Shown here in pieces: positions 18,717-28,492 of a stretch of DNA of 62,729 nucleotides. Position 1 is the first letter of the stretch. Every line of letters begins with the position of its first letter. The notes under the pieces are model-generated. The model was not told the DNA's origin. It did no database searches and saw only the letters and a list, made by a program, of their open reading frames with translations. Origin of the DNA: a bacterium HR30 (GTDB taxonomy: Bacteria; Desulfobacterota; Binatia; HRBIN30); the NCBI GenBank assembly GCA_002898795.1, contig BEIG01000004.1, forward strand, positions 1 through 62,729, written 5' to 3'. Position numbers and translations under genes: made by a program.

Positions 18717-21266
18717 TCAGCACCCCAGCAGCGCCTTGTTCACGGCCAGAATGATCTCCTCCACCGTGATGGTGCCGTCTCCGCTGGCGTCCCCGGCGAG
18801 GCACATGGAAACGTCGACACTACCCAAGGCGATGTTCACCATGGTGACGATCTCGTCGATGGTCACGCTGCCATCACCGCTACAATCGCCCGTGCAACCC
18901 CGGACAGGCGTGGCCGTGGCGGGCACCGTCGGTGTGGGCGTAGATGTCGGCGACGGTGTGGGGCTCGGGGTCGGTGTACGCGTGCCGGTGAAGCTCGGGC
19001 TCGCCGTTGGCGTTGGAGTCGCCGTAGTTGTTGCCGTGGCTGTTGTCGTCGCTGTAAGTGTCTCCGTCGGAGTCAACGATGCCGGCGGGCTGGGCGACGG
19101 CGTGTCGGTCGCAGTGGAAGATGGCTCCGGAGTGAAGGTCGGCGTCGTGGTAGGGCTCGGTGTTGGCGTGCGCGTGATCACCGTCGGTAGCGGCGTCGTC
19201 GCTGGAGCCTCCGCTCCCGCTTCCACCGCCCCGACGTCGCACGCAGCACCATACGGGCGCGGCGCCCCGCGCTGGTCCTGCGCCAGGGCCCTACCCCCGA
19301 GGTCCGTGCAGTCGCTCGCTGCGTCGATCGCTACGCTGCCTGCGCCCAAGCCGTGAACGGGAGTGTACCCCCCTCGATCCTCCAGCGGCTCTAACGCCAA
19401 CGCCTCCAACGTGGCCTCCGTAAAATCACGGCAACTTCGATCCGTGGCGAAGTTCACGCCCCGCCGGCTCGTCAGCGGACCGCTGCAACTCCCGTCGCTC
19501 CCTTGGTTGCCCGCCACCAGGCTGTTCTTGAACCTCAGCACTCCAAACTCGGTCTCGCTGACAACCTCGTTAAACACCGCCCCTCCTTCGGCAGAAGCTC
19601 GGTTGAAGGCCACGGTGCTGTGCACCACATTGGCCGTAGCCCCCGCAGCGTTGAAAAGCCCGCCCCCACGAGCCCCGCTTTCGTTGCTACTCACCGTGCT
19701 GTTCACAAGCTGCACCACCCCACGGTTCCGAATCCCGCCACCGTCTGCCGGCGACTGGTTACCCCAGATGGCCGAACCCTCGATGGTCACCTCCCCCCCC
19801 TCCACGACCACGCCCCCTTGGCGGTTTTGGTTCACCTCCACGGCAAGAAGTCTACCGCCTGTGGTGCGCACACCTACACCGCCGTTGCCACTGACCCGGC
19901 ACTGGCTTGCCTCCACCGTTCCCCCTCTGGCCCCGTCGCCCCCGTTGTGGGAAACTACGCTACGCACCAGCTTACCACCACCCCCGATTCCATGGCCCGC
20001 ATTGCCCACGATGCTGCTCTCCCGCACATCGGCTGAACCGGCGATTCCGTGGCCCCCGTTGTAGGAAATGATGCTGCGAATCAACGTGCCACCACCCGCA
20101 ATGCCATGGCCCGCGTTGCCCTCAATGGTGCTATCCCACACCTCGGCTGACCCAGCTATTCCGTCGCCCCCGTTGTAGGAAATGATGCTGCGAATCAACG
20201 TACCACCACCCCCGGTTCCATGGCCCGCGTTGCCGGATATGACGCTGCGCACCAACGTAGCGCCCCCTTCGATTCCAGGCCCGCCATTCCCCGAAATCGT
20301 GCTTCGAACCACCAGGGAAAAGTCCGTCCGAATACCAGGGCCGCTGTGGCCTTCCACCGTGCTTTCCACCAATACAACCCAACCACCTTGTGCAGCGCTG
20401 CTTCCTCCCCGGAGCTCCAGCCCCCGAAGCTCCAATTGCCCCCCCGGGGCGGAGAACAAGGGAAACGTACCATCTCCGCGCACTACGATCTGCCCAGCGC
20501 CATCCACTACTACCTTTACCTGAGGCGAAACCTCCAGCGCCCGGCGAAGCTGTATCTCCCCACTGACCGAAAAGTGCACCCGGACACTGCCCGAGCGCAA
20601 GGCCGATAGCTCCTCCAAGGCGGCGCGCAGGGTGCACTCCCCTACCATGTCCTCACAAAACCCGTCGCCTGGGTCAGCATCGATCCGGTCAGCCAAACTT
20701 CCAACCACGTAACACGGAACGAGAACAGGGCGAGGGGAACTCTGGCGGGAGGAGTTATCCCCCCAGCACTCCACACTGCCGTCCTCCCGTACCCCGCAGG
20801 TGTGCGCCCCTCCGGCACTGACCGCTCGAAACACTCCCCCAGGAGAGGAACTCTGGCCATAGTAGTTATCCCCCCAGCACTCCACACTCCCGTCCTCCCG
20901 TAGCCCGCAGGTGTGGTACCGTCCCGCACTGACCGCTCGAAACACTCCCCCAGGAGGGGAACTCTGGCCCCAGCCGTTATACCCCCAGCACTCCACCCTG
21001 CCCTCCTCCCGTAGCCCGCAGGTGTGCCATCCTCCCGCGCTCACGGCATGGAACACTCCCCACGAAGGGAAACTCTGGCCGTCGCCGTTGTACCCCCAAC
21101 AGTCCACACTGCCGTCCTCCGATAGCCCGCAGGTGTGCCCCCCTCCGACACTCACCGCGGTGAAAGGAGGAATCGGACAAAGCTCGGCCAACCCTTGCCT
21201 TGCGAGGAGCAGCGAACAAGCCAGCGCTACGCCCCACACCCACCACGAACACACCAACCGCCACAT
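18717..21266 (-). CDS. Secreted modular surface protein, copy 2 (same protein as copy 1)
   Basis: Translation identical to 15652-18201. Confidence 0.85.
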   Translation of the reverse strand: MWRLVCSWWVWGVALACSLLLARQGLAELCPIPPFTAVSVGGGHTCGLSEDGSVDCWGYNGDGQSFPSWGVFHAVSAGGWHTCGLREEGRVECWGYNGWGQSSPPGGVFRAVSAGRYHTCGLREDGSVECWGDNYYGQSSSPGGVFRAVSAGGAHTCGVREDGSVECWGDNSSRQSSPRPVLVPCYVVGSLADRIDADPGDGFCEDMVGECTLRAALEELSALRSGSVRVHFSVSGEIQLRRALEVSPQVKVVVDGAGQIVVRGDGTFPLFSAPGGQLELRGLELRGGSSAAQGGWVVLVESTVEGHSGPGIRTDFSLVVRSTISGNGGPGIEGGATLVRSVISGNAGHGTGGGGTLIRSIISYNGGDGIAGSAEVWDSTIEGNAGHGIAGGGTLIRSIISYNGGHGIAGSADVRESSIVGNAGHGIGGGGKLVRSVVSHNGGDGARGGTVEASQCRVSGNGGVGVRTTGGRLLAVEVNQNRQGGVVVEGGEVTIEGSAIWGNQSPADGGGIRNRGVVQLVNSTVSSNESGARGGGLFNAAGATANVVHSTVAFNRASAEGGAVFNEVVSETEFGVLRFKNSLVAGNQGSDGSCSGPLTSRRGVNFATDRSCRDFTEATLEALALEPLEDRGGYTPVHGLGAGSVAIDAASDCTDLGGRALAQDQRGAPRPYGAACDVGAVEAGAEAPATTPLPTVITRTPTPSPTTTPTFTPEPSSTATDTPSPSPPASLTPTETLTATTTATATTTATPTPTASPSFTGTRTPTPSPTPSPTSTPTPTVPATATPVRGCTGDCSGDGSVTIDEIVTMVNIALGSVDVSMCLAGDASGDGTITVEEIILAVNKALLGC

Positions 21267-21460
21267 CAACGCCCCTCGTGCACCGAGCCAAGCGGCGCTG
21301 CTTGGGAACTGCCCCCCTTCGGTGCGCGCCCCCGCAAGGCCCCTCGAACCTCGTCCCCAGCCGAAATGACTGCCCCAACCGGGACCCAATGCTGCCACCC
21401 GCATTCTTCCCTCCCACGTGAGCACGGGACTACTACGGCCCGCCTCGGCGAGTCAACCAC

Positions 21461-21580
21461 GTGCGCTCGCGTTACCGGCACCATGCGCGTCCCCCATGCC
21501 GTACGGGCACACGTACGTGTGCGCCCACCATCGCTATCGGCACCACCGTACTCCAAAATCTCCCCCATGCGCCCCTACCA
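21461..21580 (+). repeat. REP cluster 4 (half REP, degenerate REP, inverted partial REP)
   Basis: GTGCGCTCGCGTTACCGGCACC; GTACGGGCACACGTACGTGTGCGCCC; TGCGCCCCTACCATGG. Confidence 0.7.
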
Positions 21581-21738
21581 TGGTGGTGCGCCAGTAGGCG
21601 GGGGCCTAGCTGCAGCACCGGGCAGGCGCAGCACTTCGCTGTTGGGATTTTGCTCCGTTTGCGGTAAAGAGGCGGCCACCGAGCGGCAAACGCTCTCCGG
21701 TGGCAGTTTGGCAACGGGAAGACGGCGATGGAGGTCGT

Positions 21739-24504
21739 ATGGGTTTGGTGAAGGGACGGGTTAGGGTCAAGGCACAGAGGGGTTCGTTGGCTAGGCCACT
21801 AGCGATTTGCCTTCCGCTGCTGGCCTGGAGCTTGGGCGCCTTCGCCCAGCTCGCGAGTAGCTCGCCGGAACTGGTCAGTGTCAATCGCAGCGGGCGCGCC
21901 GGGAACTATGCCAGCGCGGCGCCGGCCATGAGCAGCGATGGCCGATTCGTTGCGTTTTTTTCCGACGCCTCCGACTTAGTTACGGGAGATACCAACGAAA
22001 TGCGCGACGTGTTCTTGAGGGATCGCCTGCTAGGGCGGACAGAGCGCATCAGCCTCAGTGACAGCGGCGCGCAAGCCAACGGTCCCAGCCATCGTGGTGG
22101 CGACAACCCAGCCATCAGCGCTGACGGCTCTATTGTGGCGTTCGACTCGGATGCAACCAACCTCGTTACGGGCGACACGAATCGCGTCACCGACGTCTTC
22201 GTCCGGCTGCGGACTTTGGGACGAACCGAGCGAGTGAGCTTGAGTAGCTCCGGCGCGGAAGGCAACGGCCCCAGCAGTTCGCCGAGTATCGATGCAACGG
22301 GCCGATTCGTGGCGTTCCAAGCGCTCGCCAACAACCTCGTCGCCGGTGATACGAACGGGGCCTCCGACATATTCGTGCGCGACCGCGAGCAAGGCACAAC
22401 CGAAGGTGCTTGCGGCAGCGTACAAGGTAACGGTCCATCGTCGCACCCCGCCCTCAGCGCCGACGCTCGCTTTGTCGCCTTTGCGTCCGCCGCCAGCAAC
22501 CTCGTGCCCAACGATACCAACGGGGCTCTGGATGTATTCGTGTGCGACCGCGCCACCGGCACCGTCGAACTCGTTAGCCGCAACTCCAACGGCGAGATTG
22601 GCAACGGAGACAGCATCCTTCCGAGTATCAGCGCCGACGGACGCTTCGTGGCGTTCAAGTCGATCGCAACGAACCTGGTCCCCAACGACCGGAACGGGCT
22701 CGTGGACGTTTTCGTGCATGACCGCCTGACCAAGCAAACGCAGCGCGTGAGCGTGAGCTTCCTCGGACGCGACAGCAACGGCACCTCGTTTGCCCCCGCC
22801 ATCGACTGCTCCGGGCGCTTTGTCGCCTTCGGAAGCGAGGCCACCAACCTGGTAACAGAGGATTTTAACCAAGTCGCAAGCTTGTTCGTGCGCGACTTAG
22901 TGGCGCAACGAACCTTCCTTATCGACGTGAACGCTTTCGGGGAGCAAGCGAACGCGGCCGTGCTCGATGTCGCTCCGGCGCTGTCCTGCGAACCCCTATT
23001 GGCGGCGTACTCGAGTTTGGCAACGAACCTTGCCCCCGGGGACTTGAACGAACATGCCGATGTGTACGTGCAAGGCAACTTGGTGCCAACTTGTCGCACG
23101 GATGCAGACTGCCGCGACAACAACCGCTGCACCGAAGACCGGTGCGGCAACGATGGGCTTTGTGTGTTCCATCCGATCACTTGCGAACCGATCGATGCTT
23201 GCCATGATGCCGGCACCTGCGATCCCAACACTGGCTTGTGCTCCAGCCCACCGAAACCTGAGGGCGCCGCTTGCGACGACGGCAATCTTTGCACCGAGGG
23301 TGACCGCTGTGTTGCCGGATCGTGTGTAGGCGAGGCCGTGGAATGCACGGGCGCAGATGGCTGCCATGACCCAGGACAGTGTGACCCTGCAACCGGTCTC
23401 TGCCCCAACCCGCGGCCCGATGGCACCCCGTGTTCCGACGGCAATCTTTGTACGCGGGACGACCGTTGTGTTGCGGGTCGTTGCCGGGCAGAACCCATCG
23501 ATTGTTCCACGGCAGACGGCTGCCACGACCAAGGACAGTGCGACCCGGCAACCGGCCTCTGCCCCAATCCCCAACCCGATGGCAGCCCATGCAACGATGG
23601 CAACTTGTGCACCCGTAACGACCAGTGCCAACAGAGCTTGTGCCGCGGCACTGCAATCGACTGCTCCCAAGCCGACGGCTGTCACGACCCGGGGCAGTGC
23701 GACCCCGCAACCGGCCTGTGCCCCAATCCTCGACCCGATGGCACCCCGTGTTCCGACGCAAACCTCTGCACGATCGGCGACCGCTGCGAGCAAAGCCTCT
23801 GCGTCGGCACACCGAAGGATTGCTCCACCACCGACGGTTGCCACGACGTCGGCGCATGCAACCCAGCGACCGGCCTCTGCCCCAACCCGCGACCCGACGG
23901 CACACCCTGCTCCGATGCCAACCTGTGCACGATCGACGACCGCTGCATCGAAAGCGTATGCGTGGGCACGCCCAAAGATTGCTCGACCACCGGCGGAGGC
24001 TGCCACGATCCTGGAACGTGCGATCCGCGCACAGGGGAGTGCCCCAACCAACGACCCGACGGTACACCGTGTTCTACGGGGCCGTTTTGCCTGGTGGACG
24101 AAGTCTGCACCGGCGGCTTTTGTGGCGGCGGACAAAGCCGGAACTGCGACAACGGGATCTTTTGCGACGGGGTAGAAAGCTGCAACGAAGAGCTTCGCCA
24201 GTGCGTGTCTGCCGGATCCCCGTGCAGCAGCAGCGAGGTGTGTATCGAGAGCGAGCAAGCTTGTGCCACACCCACGGCACCCGTGAACCCAACCCCGACG
24301 GTAACTCCTTCGAGCCCAACACCGACAGCGACCTTCCTGGGCCCGCTAGACCGCGATGCTTGTTCCTGCGATCTCGATCCGGGGGCGCCACGGTCGCGAA
24401 CTGCAGGCTTGATCTGGCTATCCGGTGCCCTTGCCTTGTGGTGGCGCGGCCGGCGTCGAACCGCAGAGGACACAAGAATTTCCGCGTCGGTTCCATCGAA
24501 GTAA
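21739..24504 (+). CDS. Secreted protein: TolB/PD40-like beta-propeller, six ~53-aa Cys-rich repeats, MYXO-CTERM-like C-terminal anchor
   Basis: Repeated S.DGRFVAF.S.A.NLV.GDTN..DVFVRD; CHD.G.CDP.TG.C repeats at 159-162 bp period; ACSC + hydrophobic helix + RGRRR; GGAGG SD. Confidence 0.85.
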   Translation: MGLVKGRVRVKAQRGSLARPLAICLPLLAWSLGAFAQLASSSPELVSVNRSGRAGNYASAAPAMSSDGRFVAFFSDASDLVTGDTNEMRDVFLRDRLLGRTERISLSDSGAQANGPSHRGGDNPAISADGSIVAFDSDATNLVTGDTNRVTDVFVRLRTLGRTERVSLSSSGAEGNGPSSSPSIDATGRFVAFQALANNLVAGDTNGASDIFVRDREQGTTEGACGSVQGNGPSSHPALSADARFVAFASAASNLVPNDTNGALDVFVCDRATGTVELVSRNSNGEIGNGDSILPSISADGRFVAFKSIATNLVPNDRNGLVDVFVHDRLTKQTQRVSVSFLGRDSNGTSFAPAIDCSGRFVAFGSEATNLVTEDFNQVASLFVRDLVAQRTFLIDVNAFGEQANAAVLDVAPALSCEPLLAAYSSLATNLAPGDLNEHADVYVQGNLVPTCRTDADCRDNNRCTEDRCGNDGLCVFHPITCEPIDACHDAGTCDPNTGLCSSPPKPEGAACDDGNLCTEGDRCVAGSCVGEAVECTGADGCHDPGQCDPATGLCPNPRPDGTPCSDGNLCTRDDRCVAGRCRAEPIDCSTADGCHDQGQCDPATGLCPNPQPDGSPCNDGNLCTRNDQCQQSLCRGTAIDCSQADGCHDPGQCDPATGLCPNPRPDGTPCSDANLCTIGDRCEQSLCVGTPKDCSTTDGCHDVGACNPATGLCPNPRPDGTPCSDANLCTIDDRCIESVCVGTPKDCSTTGGGCHDPGTCDPRTGECPNQRPDGTPCSTGPFCLVDEVCTGGFCGGGQSRNCDNGIFCDGVESCNEELRQCVSAGSPCSSSEVCIESEQACATPTAPVNPTPTVTPSSPTPTATFLGPLDRDACSCDLDPGAPRSRTAGLIWLSGALALWWRGRRRTAEDTRISASVPSK

Positions 24505-24615
24505 CGCAACAAACGCCGCGAAAGAGTGGGCGAGCCCCATTTCCGAGGACGTCCTCCGTCAGAGGGGCTCGCCTGCGCTTGCAGCTCTTCCAGCCGGTTG
24601 CGAGCATCGAACGTC

Positions 24616-25944
24616 GTGTCAGACAAGGAACACGCAGCACGCCAAATTGCCGCACGGCTTCGGTCCGCAGGACACACCGCGCTCCTGGCCGGGGGCTGCG
24701 TGCGGGATTTGTTGCTCGGGCGCGAGCCGAAAGACTTCGATGTCGCTACCGACGCGCCACCGGAGGTGGTGCAAAAGCTTTTCCGCCGCACCTTCCCCGT
24801 GGGAGCGCAATTCGGTGTCGTGTTGGTGGCCGATTTTGGCCCGGCCATCGAAGTGGCCACGTTTCGAGAGGAAGAGGAATATCTTGACGGCCGCCGCCCC
24901 TCGCGCGTGCACCTGGCGACCCCCGAGGTCGATGCCCAGCGTCGGGATTTCACGATCAACGGGATGTTTCTCGACCCGCAAACCAACCAAGTGATCGACT
25001 TCGTCGGCGGCCAAGAGGATTTGAAGCGCCACCTGATCCGCGCCATTGGTGAACCCACAGCGCGCATTGCGGAAGATCGATTGCGGATGCTGCGGGCGGT
25101 GCGCTTTGCGGCCGTGCTGGGCTTCGACATCGAGCCCAGCACTCTGGAGGCCATTCGGGCGAACGCCGCCAACATCGTCGGGATTGCCTGGGAACGCATC
25201 GGCGACGAGATCGTGCGCATGCTGACCGAAGGAGGCCGAGGAAGCGCACGGCGTGCTTTCGAGCTTCTCGACACGACCGGCCTCTTGGTGCACGTGCTTC
25301 CCGAGGTGGCTGCTATGAAAGGGGTCGAGCAACCCCCCGAGCATCACCCGGAAGGCGATGTGTGGACACACACCTTGCTCGTGATTGGCCAGCTCGATCA
25401 TGCAAGCGTTACTCTGGCCCTTGGAGCTTTGCTGCACGATGTGGCCAAGCCCGTTACCCAGGCACGGCACGATGGCAAAATCACCTTTTATGGCCACTGC
25501 GAGCGCGGGGCAGAAATGGCTGTTGCCATCTGCCAACGCCTGCGACGTAGTCGGGAAGTTTGGGAGCGGGTCGCGTTTCTCGTGCAAGAGCATTTGCGCC
25601 ATATCCACGCGCGAGAAATGCGGCCGAGCACGCTCAAACGCTTTTTAGCGCAAGAAGGAATCGACGAGCTGCTCGAACTCGTGCGTATGGACATCCTGGC
25701 TTCCAACGGCAATCTCGACACCTGGGAGTTTTGCCGGGCCAAGCTCGAGGAGTTCCGCAAGCAAGGGAGCCTTCCTCAACCGTTGCTCCGCGGGCGCGAC
25801 TTGCTCGCCGCAGGCTATGCGCCCGGCCCCCGAATTGGCGAGATCCTTCGCGCTGTTCGCGACCTACAACTGGACGGTAAACTCCACACGCGAGAGGAAG
25901 CACTCGCCTGGGTGGCAGAACGCTACCCCCGCGAGAAAGGCTAA
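24616..25944 (+). CDS. cca: CCA tRNA nucleotidyltransferase / poly(A) polymerase family with HD domain
   Basis: GGCVRD, DFDVATD, RRDFTIN, EDRLRMLRAVRF, HHPEGDVWTH, LLHDVAK. Confidence 0.88.
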   Translation: MSDKEHAARQIAARLRSAGHTALLAGGCVRDLLLGREPKDFDVATDAPPEVVQKLFRRTFPVGAQFGVVLVADFGPAIEVATFREEEEYLDGRRPSRVHLATPEVDAQRRDFTINGMFLDPQTNQVIDFVGGQEDLKRHLIRAIGEPTARIAEDRLRMLRAVRFAAVLGFDIEPSTLEAIRANAANIVGIAWERIGDEIVRMLTEGGRGSARRAFELLDTTGLLVHVLPEVAAMKGVEQPPEHHPEGDVWTHTLLVIGQLDHASVTLALGALLHDVAKPVTQARHDGKITFYGHCERGAEMAVAICQRLRRSREVWERVAFLVQEHLRHIHAREMRPSTLKRFLAQEGIDELLELVRMDILASNGNLDTWEFCRAKLEEFRKQGSLPQPLLRGRDLLAAGYAPGPRIGEILRAVRDLQLDGKLHTREEALAWVAERYPREKG

Positions 25945-27152
25945 ATGACCTCGCGCTCCTTGAGTGCGGCCACTTCCTCCCACGAGTAGCCCAGCAAATC
26001 CACCAAGATCTGTTCGGTGTGCTGGCCAAACTCGGGCGCCGGCAAACGGATAGTACCGGGGGTCGCGCTGAGTTGCACTGGCAGTCCGACAACTTTCGTG
26101 GGGCCAAACCGCGGATGGTCGAAGGGAACGACGTAATCGTTGGCAACGACCTGAGGATCGTCCGGCAAGTCGTCTACCGAGTTCACCACGGTAAAAATGA
26201 AGTCTCCACCTTTGCGGAGAATCTCCACCCACTCCGCTCGCGGCCGCGTGGCGAAAATGTTGTCGAGGATTTCTACGGCCTCGGCAGCGTGCGCTGCGCG
26301 GGCGCGCAAATCGGCAAAGCGTGGGTCGTGTGCCAGCTCCGGATGACCGAGCACACGAACGAAGTCTGCCCAATAGCGGTCGGGCTGCAACATGCCGAGG
26401 CAAATCCACAAACCATCCTTGCAGCGATAGTGGTTCCACAAAGGGTTGGCGGCATATTTTCGTGGCATTCGGGGAATGGCAAAACCCATCATCGTGCGCG
26501 ACGACACCGACAGCCCTTGCAGCCACATCATGCTGCCAAGGTGTGAGGCATCGACCTTCTGCCCGACTCCAAAGCGCTCGCGCGCAAACAAAGCAGCTAA
26601 CACTCCGTAAGCGAGCATGATGGCACCCATTTGGTCGGCAATTCCGCCAGCCACTTGCAGCGGCGGCATGTCCGGTTCGCCCACGGCGTACATAAAGCCC
26701 GAGCGGGCAAGCCCCATTTGATCGAAAGAAGGGTCTTCCGCTTCAGGCCCCCGCGGGCCGTAACCTGTGGCGCTCGCGTAAATCAGTCGGGGATTGCGTT
26801 GAGCCAAATCTTCGTATCCTAGGCCCAAGCGCTCCGCGACACCGAGCCGGAAGTTTTGGACGAAAACATCAGACTTCTCCACCAGCCGGTACACAATCTC
26901 GCGCCCTTCGGGCTTTTTCAGATCGATGGCCATGCCCAGTTTGTTGCGGTTGTTCGCCTCGAAGTAGAAGTTCGGCCGGTCGCTCAAATCGATCCCGCTC
27001 ATTTTCAAAATGCCACGGCCCGGATCCCCGCTTTCCCGCTGCTCGATCTTGATGACCTCGGCACCTAAGTCGGCCAGCATCACGGAAGCCACCGGCCCTT
27101 GCTGCCAAATCGTCCAATCGATGACGCGAATTCCCTCCAGTGGCGCTGGCAT
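25941..27152 (-). CDS. CoA-transferase family III (CaiB/BaiF)
   Basis: PLEGIRVID, LADLGAEVIKIE, NRNK, DVFVQNFR, GYGPRGP, APEFGQHT. Confidence 0.93.
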   Translation of the reverse strand: MPAPLEGIRVIDWTIWQQGPVASVMLADLGAEVIKIEQRESGDPGRGILKMSGIDLSDRPNFYFEANNRNKLGMAIDLKKPEGREIVYRLVEKSDVFVQNFRLGVAERLGLGYEDLAQRNPRLIYASATGYGPRGPEAEDPSFDQMGLARSGFMYAVGEPDMPPLQVAGGIADQMGAIMLAYGVLAALFARERFGVGQKVDASHLGSMMWLQGLSVSSRTMMGFAIPRMPRKYAANPLWNHYRCKDGLWICLGMLQPDRYWADFVRVLGHPELAHDPRFADLRARAAHAAEAVEILDNIFATRPRAEWVEILRKGGDFIFTVVNSVDDLPDDPQVVANDYVVPFDHPRFGPTKVVGLPVQLSATPGTIRLPAPEFGQHTEQILVDLLGYSWEEVAALKEREVI

Positions 27153-27240
27153 AGGGATGAACTCCTTTCTGCTGCTTGCATTCATGGCATTTTTCGGGTG
27201 TTACCGACAGAGGGGGAACGCGCGTTGCGATGGGGAACGT

Positions 27241-27505
27241 GGGCGCACACGTAGGTGCGGGCGCACACGAAGGTGTGGGCGCACACATAGGTGCGCCCCT
27301 ACGATGCGGACGCGTGCGCGGCAGCGTGGGAACGGTCAGGGTGCCGGTCACGGAGGCGCACACGTAGGTGCGGGCGCATACGTAGGTGCGGGCGCACACG
27401 TAGGTGTGGGCGCACACGCAGGTGAGGGCGCACACGCAGGTGAGGGCGCACACGCAGGTGAGGGCGCACACGAAGGTGTGGGCGCACACATAGGTGCGCC
27501 CCTAC
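27241..27505 (-). repeat. REP cluster 5: tandem 18-bp truncated REP units (2 + 7 copies), each run ending in one full REP
   Basis: GGGCGCACACGNAGGTGN x7 at 27354-27479, then GGGCGCACACATAGGTGCGCCCCTAC at 27480-27505; a shorter run at 27241-27302. Confidence 0.9.
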
Positions 27506-27516
27506 AATTGGGCGGG

Positions 27517-27822
27517 TTACCACAGGTAGTGGATTGGGCGAATCCACTCGCGGGTCAGCGGGTCGGACAAGGTGAATCCGAAAAGGATGGCGAGAAACAA
27601 AACTCCGATCACAAGGGAAAGCTTCACCAAGTAATCGCTGTAGCGTACATGCATGAAGTACAAGATCACCAGCGTGGCTTTCGTGCATGCAATGCCGAGA
27701 GCGACGACGTTGTTGAAAAACCCGAGATCGATGTAGGCCACGGCCACCGTGATGGCAGTCAACACCATCAAGGCAAAAAAGATCAGGAAGTACACTCGCG
27801 TGGGAACCACGTGAGACGCCAT
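27517..27822 (-). CDS. ctaF: Cytochrome c oxidase subunit IV (caa3-type)
   Basis: Three hydrophobic helices; KATLVILYFMHVRY; last gene of the operon. Confidence 0.85.
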   Translation of the reverse strand: MASHVVPTRVYFLIFFALMVLTAITVAVAYIDLGFFNNVVALGIACTKATLVILYFMHVRYSDYLVKLSLVIGVLFLAILFGFTLSDPLTREWIRPIHYLW

Positions 27823-27837
27823 CGTTACGCTTCCTCC

Positions 27838-28492
27838 TCAATGATGGGCAAACAGGTACAGCAACGGGAACAAGAAGATCCAAACGATGTCGACAAAGTG
27901 CCAGTACAGCCCGAACATCTCCACCGGGGTGTTGTATTCTGCGGTGTACTTGCCCTGCAGGGAGAACAACAACAGCACGATCAAGCCTATGGCGCCTACG
28001 ACCATGTGGAGAGCGTGCATACCTGTCATCGCGAAGTACAGAGAAAAGAAAATCAACTGCTGCCGCGCATCGGGTGCATCCACCCGCCACTGGAGGCCGG
28101 GCACCAAGCCCTCGTGCCATTTGTGGCTGTACTCGACGACCTTGACGCCAAGAAAGGTGCTGCCCAGGGCCAAGGTGAGGAACAAGAACAAAACGAGTTG
28201 GCCGCGGTGGCCCGTCTGCGCCGCATGCACCGCCAGCGCCATGGTCAGGCTCGAGGCGATGAGCACACCAGTGTTGAATGCGCCTAAGGTTACGTCCAAA
28301 TGATGACTCGCGTGGGCGAAGGCCTCGGGATAAGCCGAACGGTAAATGGCATAAGCCAGAAAGAGCCCACCGAAAAACATGATTTCCTGGATGAGGAAGG
28401 CCCACATGCCGAGCACAGCCGCGCTGTACTGCTGTTCGGCATCGTCGAACTGATGATGCACATGAGCGTGGCTGGCAGCCACGGAACCGATG

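Larger units (their letters stand above)
15662..21465. repeat. Direct duplication, 15662-18400 = 18727-21465 (offset 3065 bp)
   Basis: The two 902-aa ORF translations are identical and I saw no nucleotide difference by eye; the flanks are similar but diverged. Confidence 0.92.

Noticed and set aside
15652-21465. Diversity-generating retroelement (TR/VR pair)
   Set aside because: The copies appear identical rather than differing at adenines, and there is no reverse transcriptase in the window.
21906-25274. Long minus-strand ORFs (581, 420 and 530 aa)
   Set aside because: Antisense shadows of well-supported plus-strand genes in GC-rich DNA.
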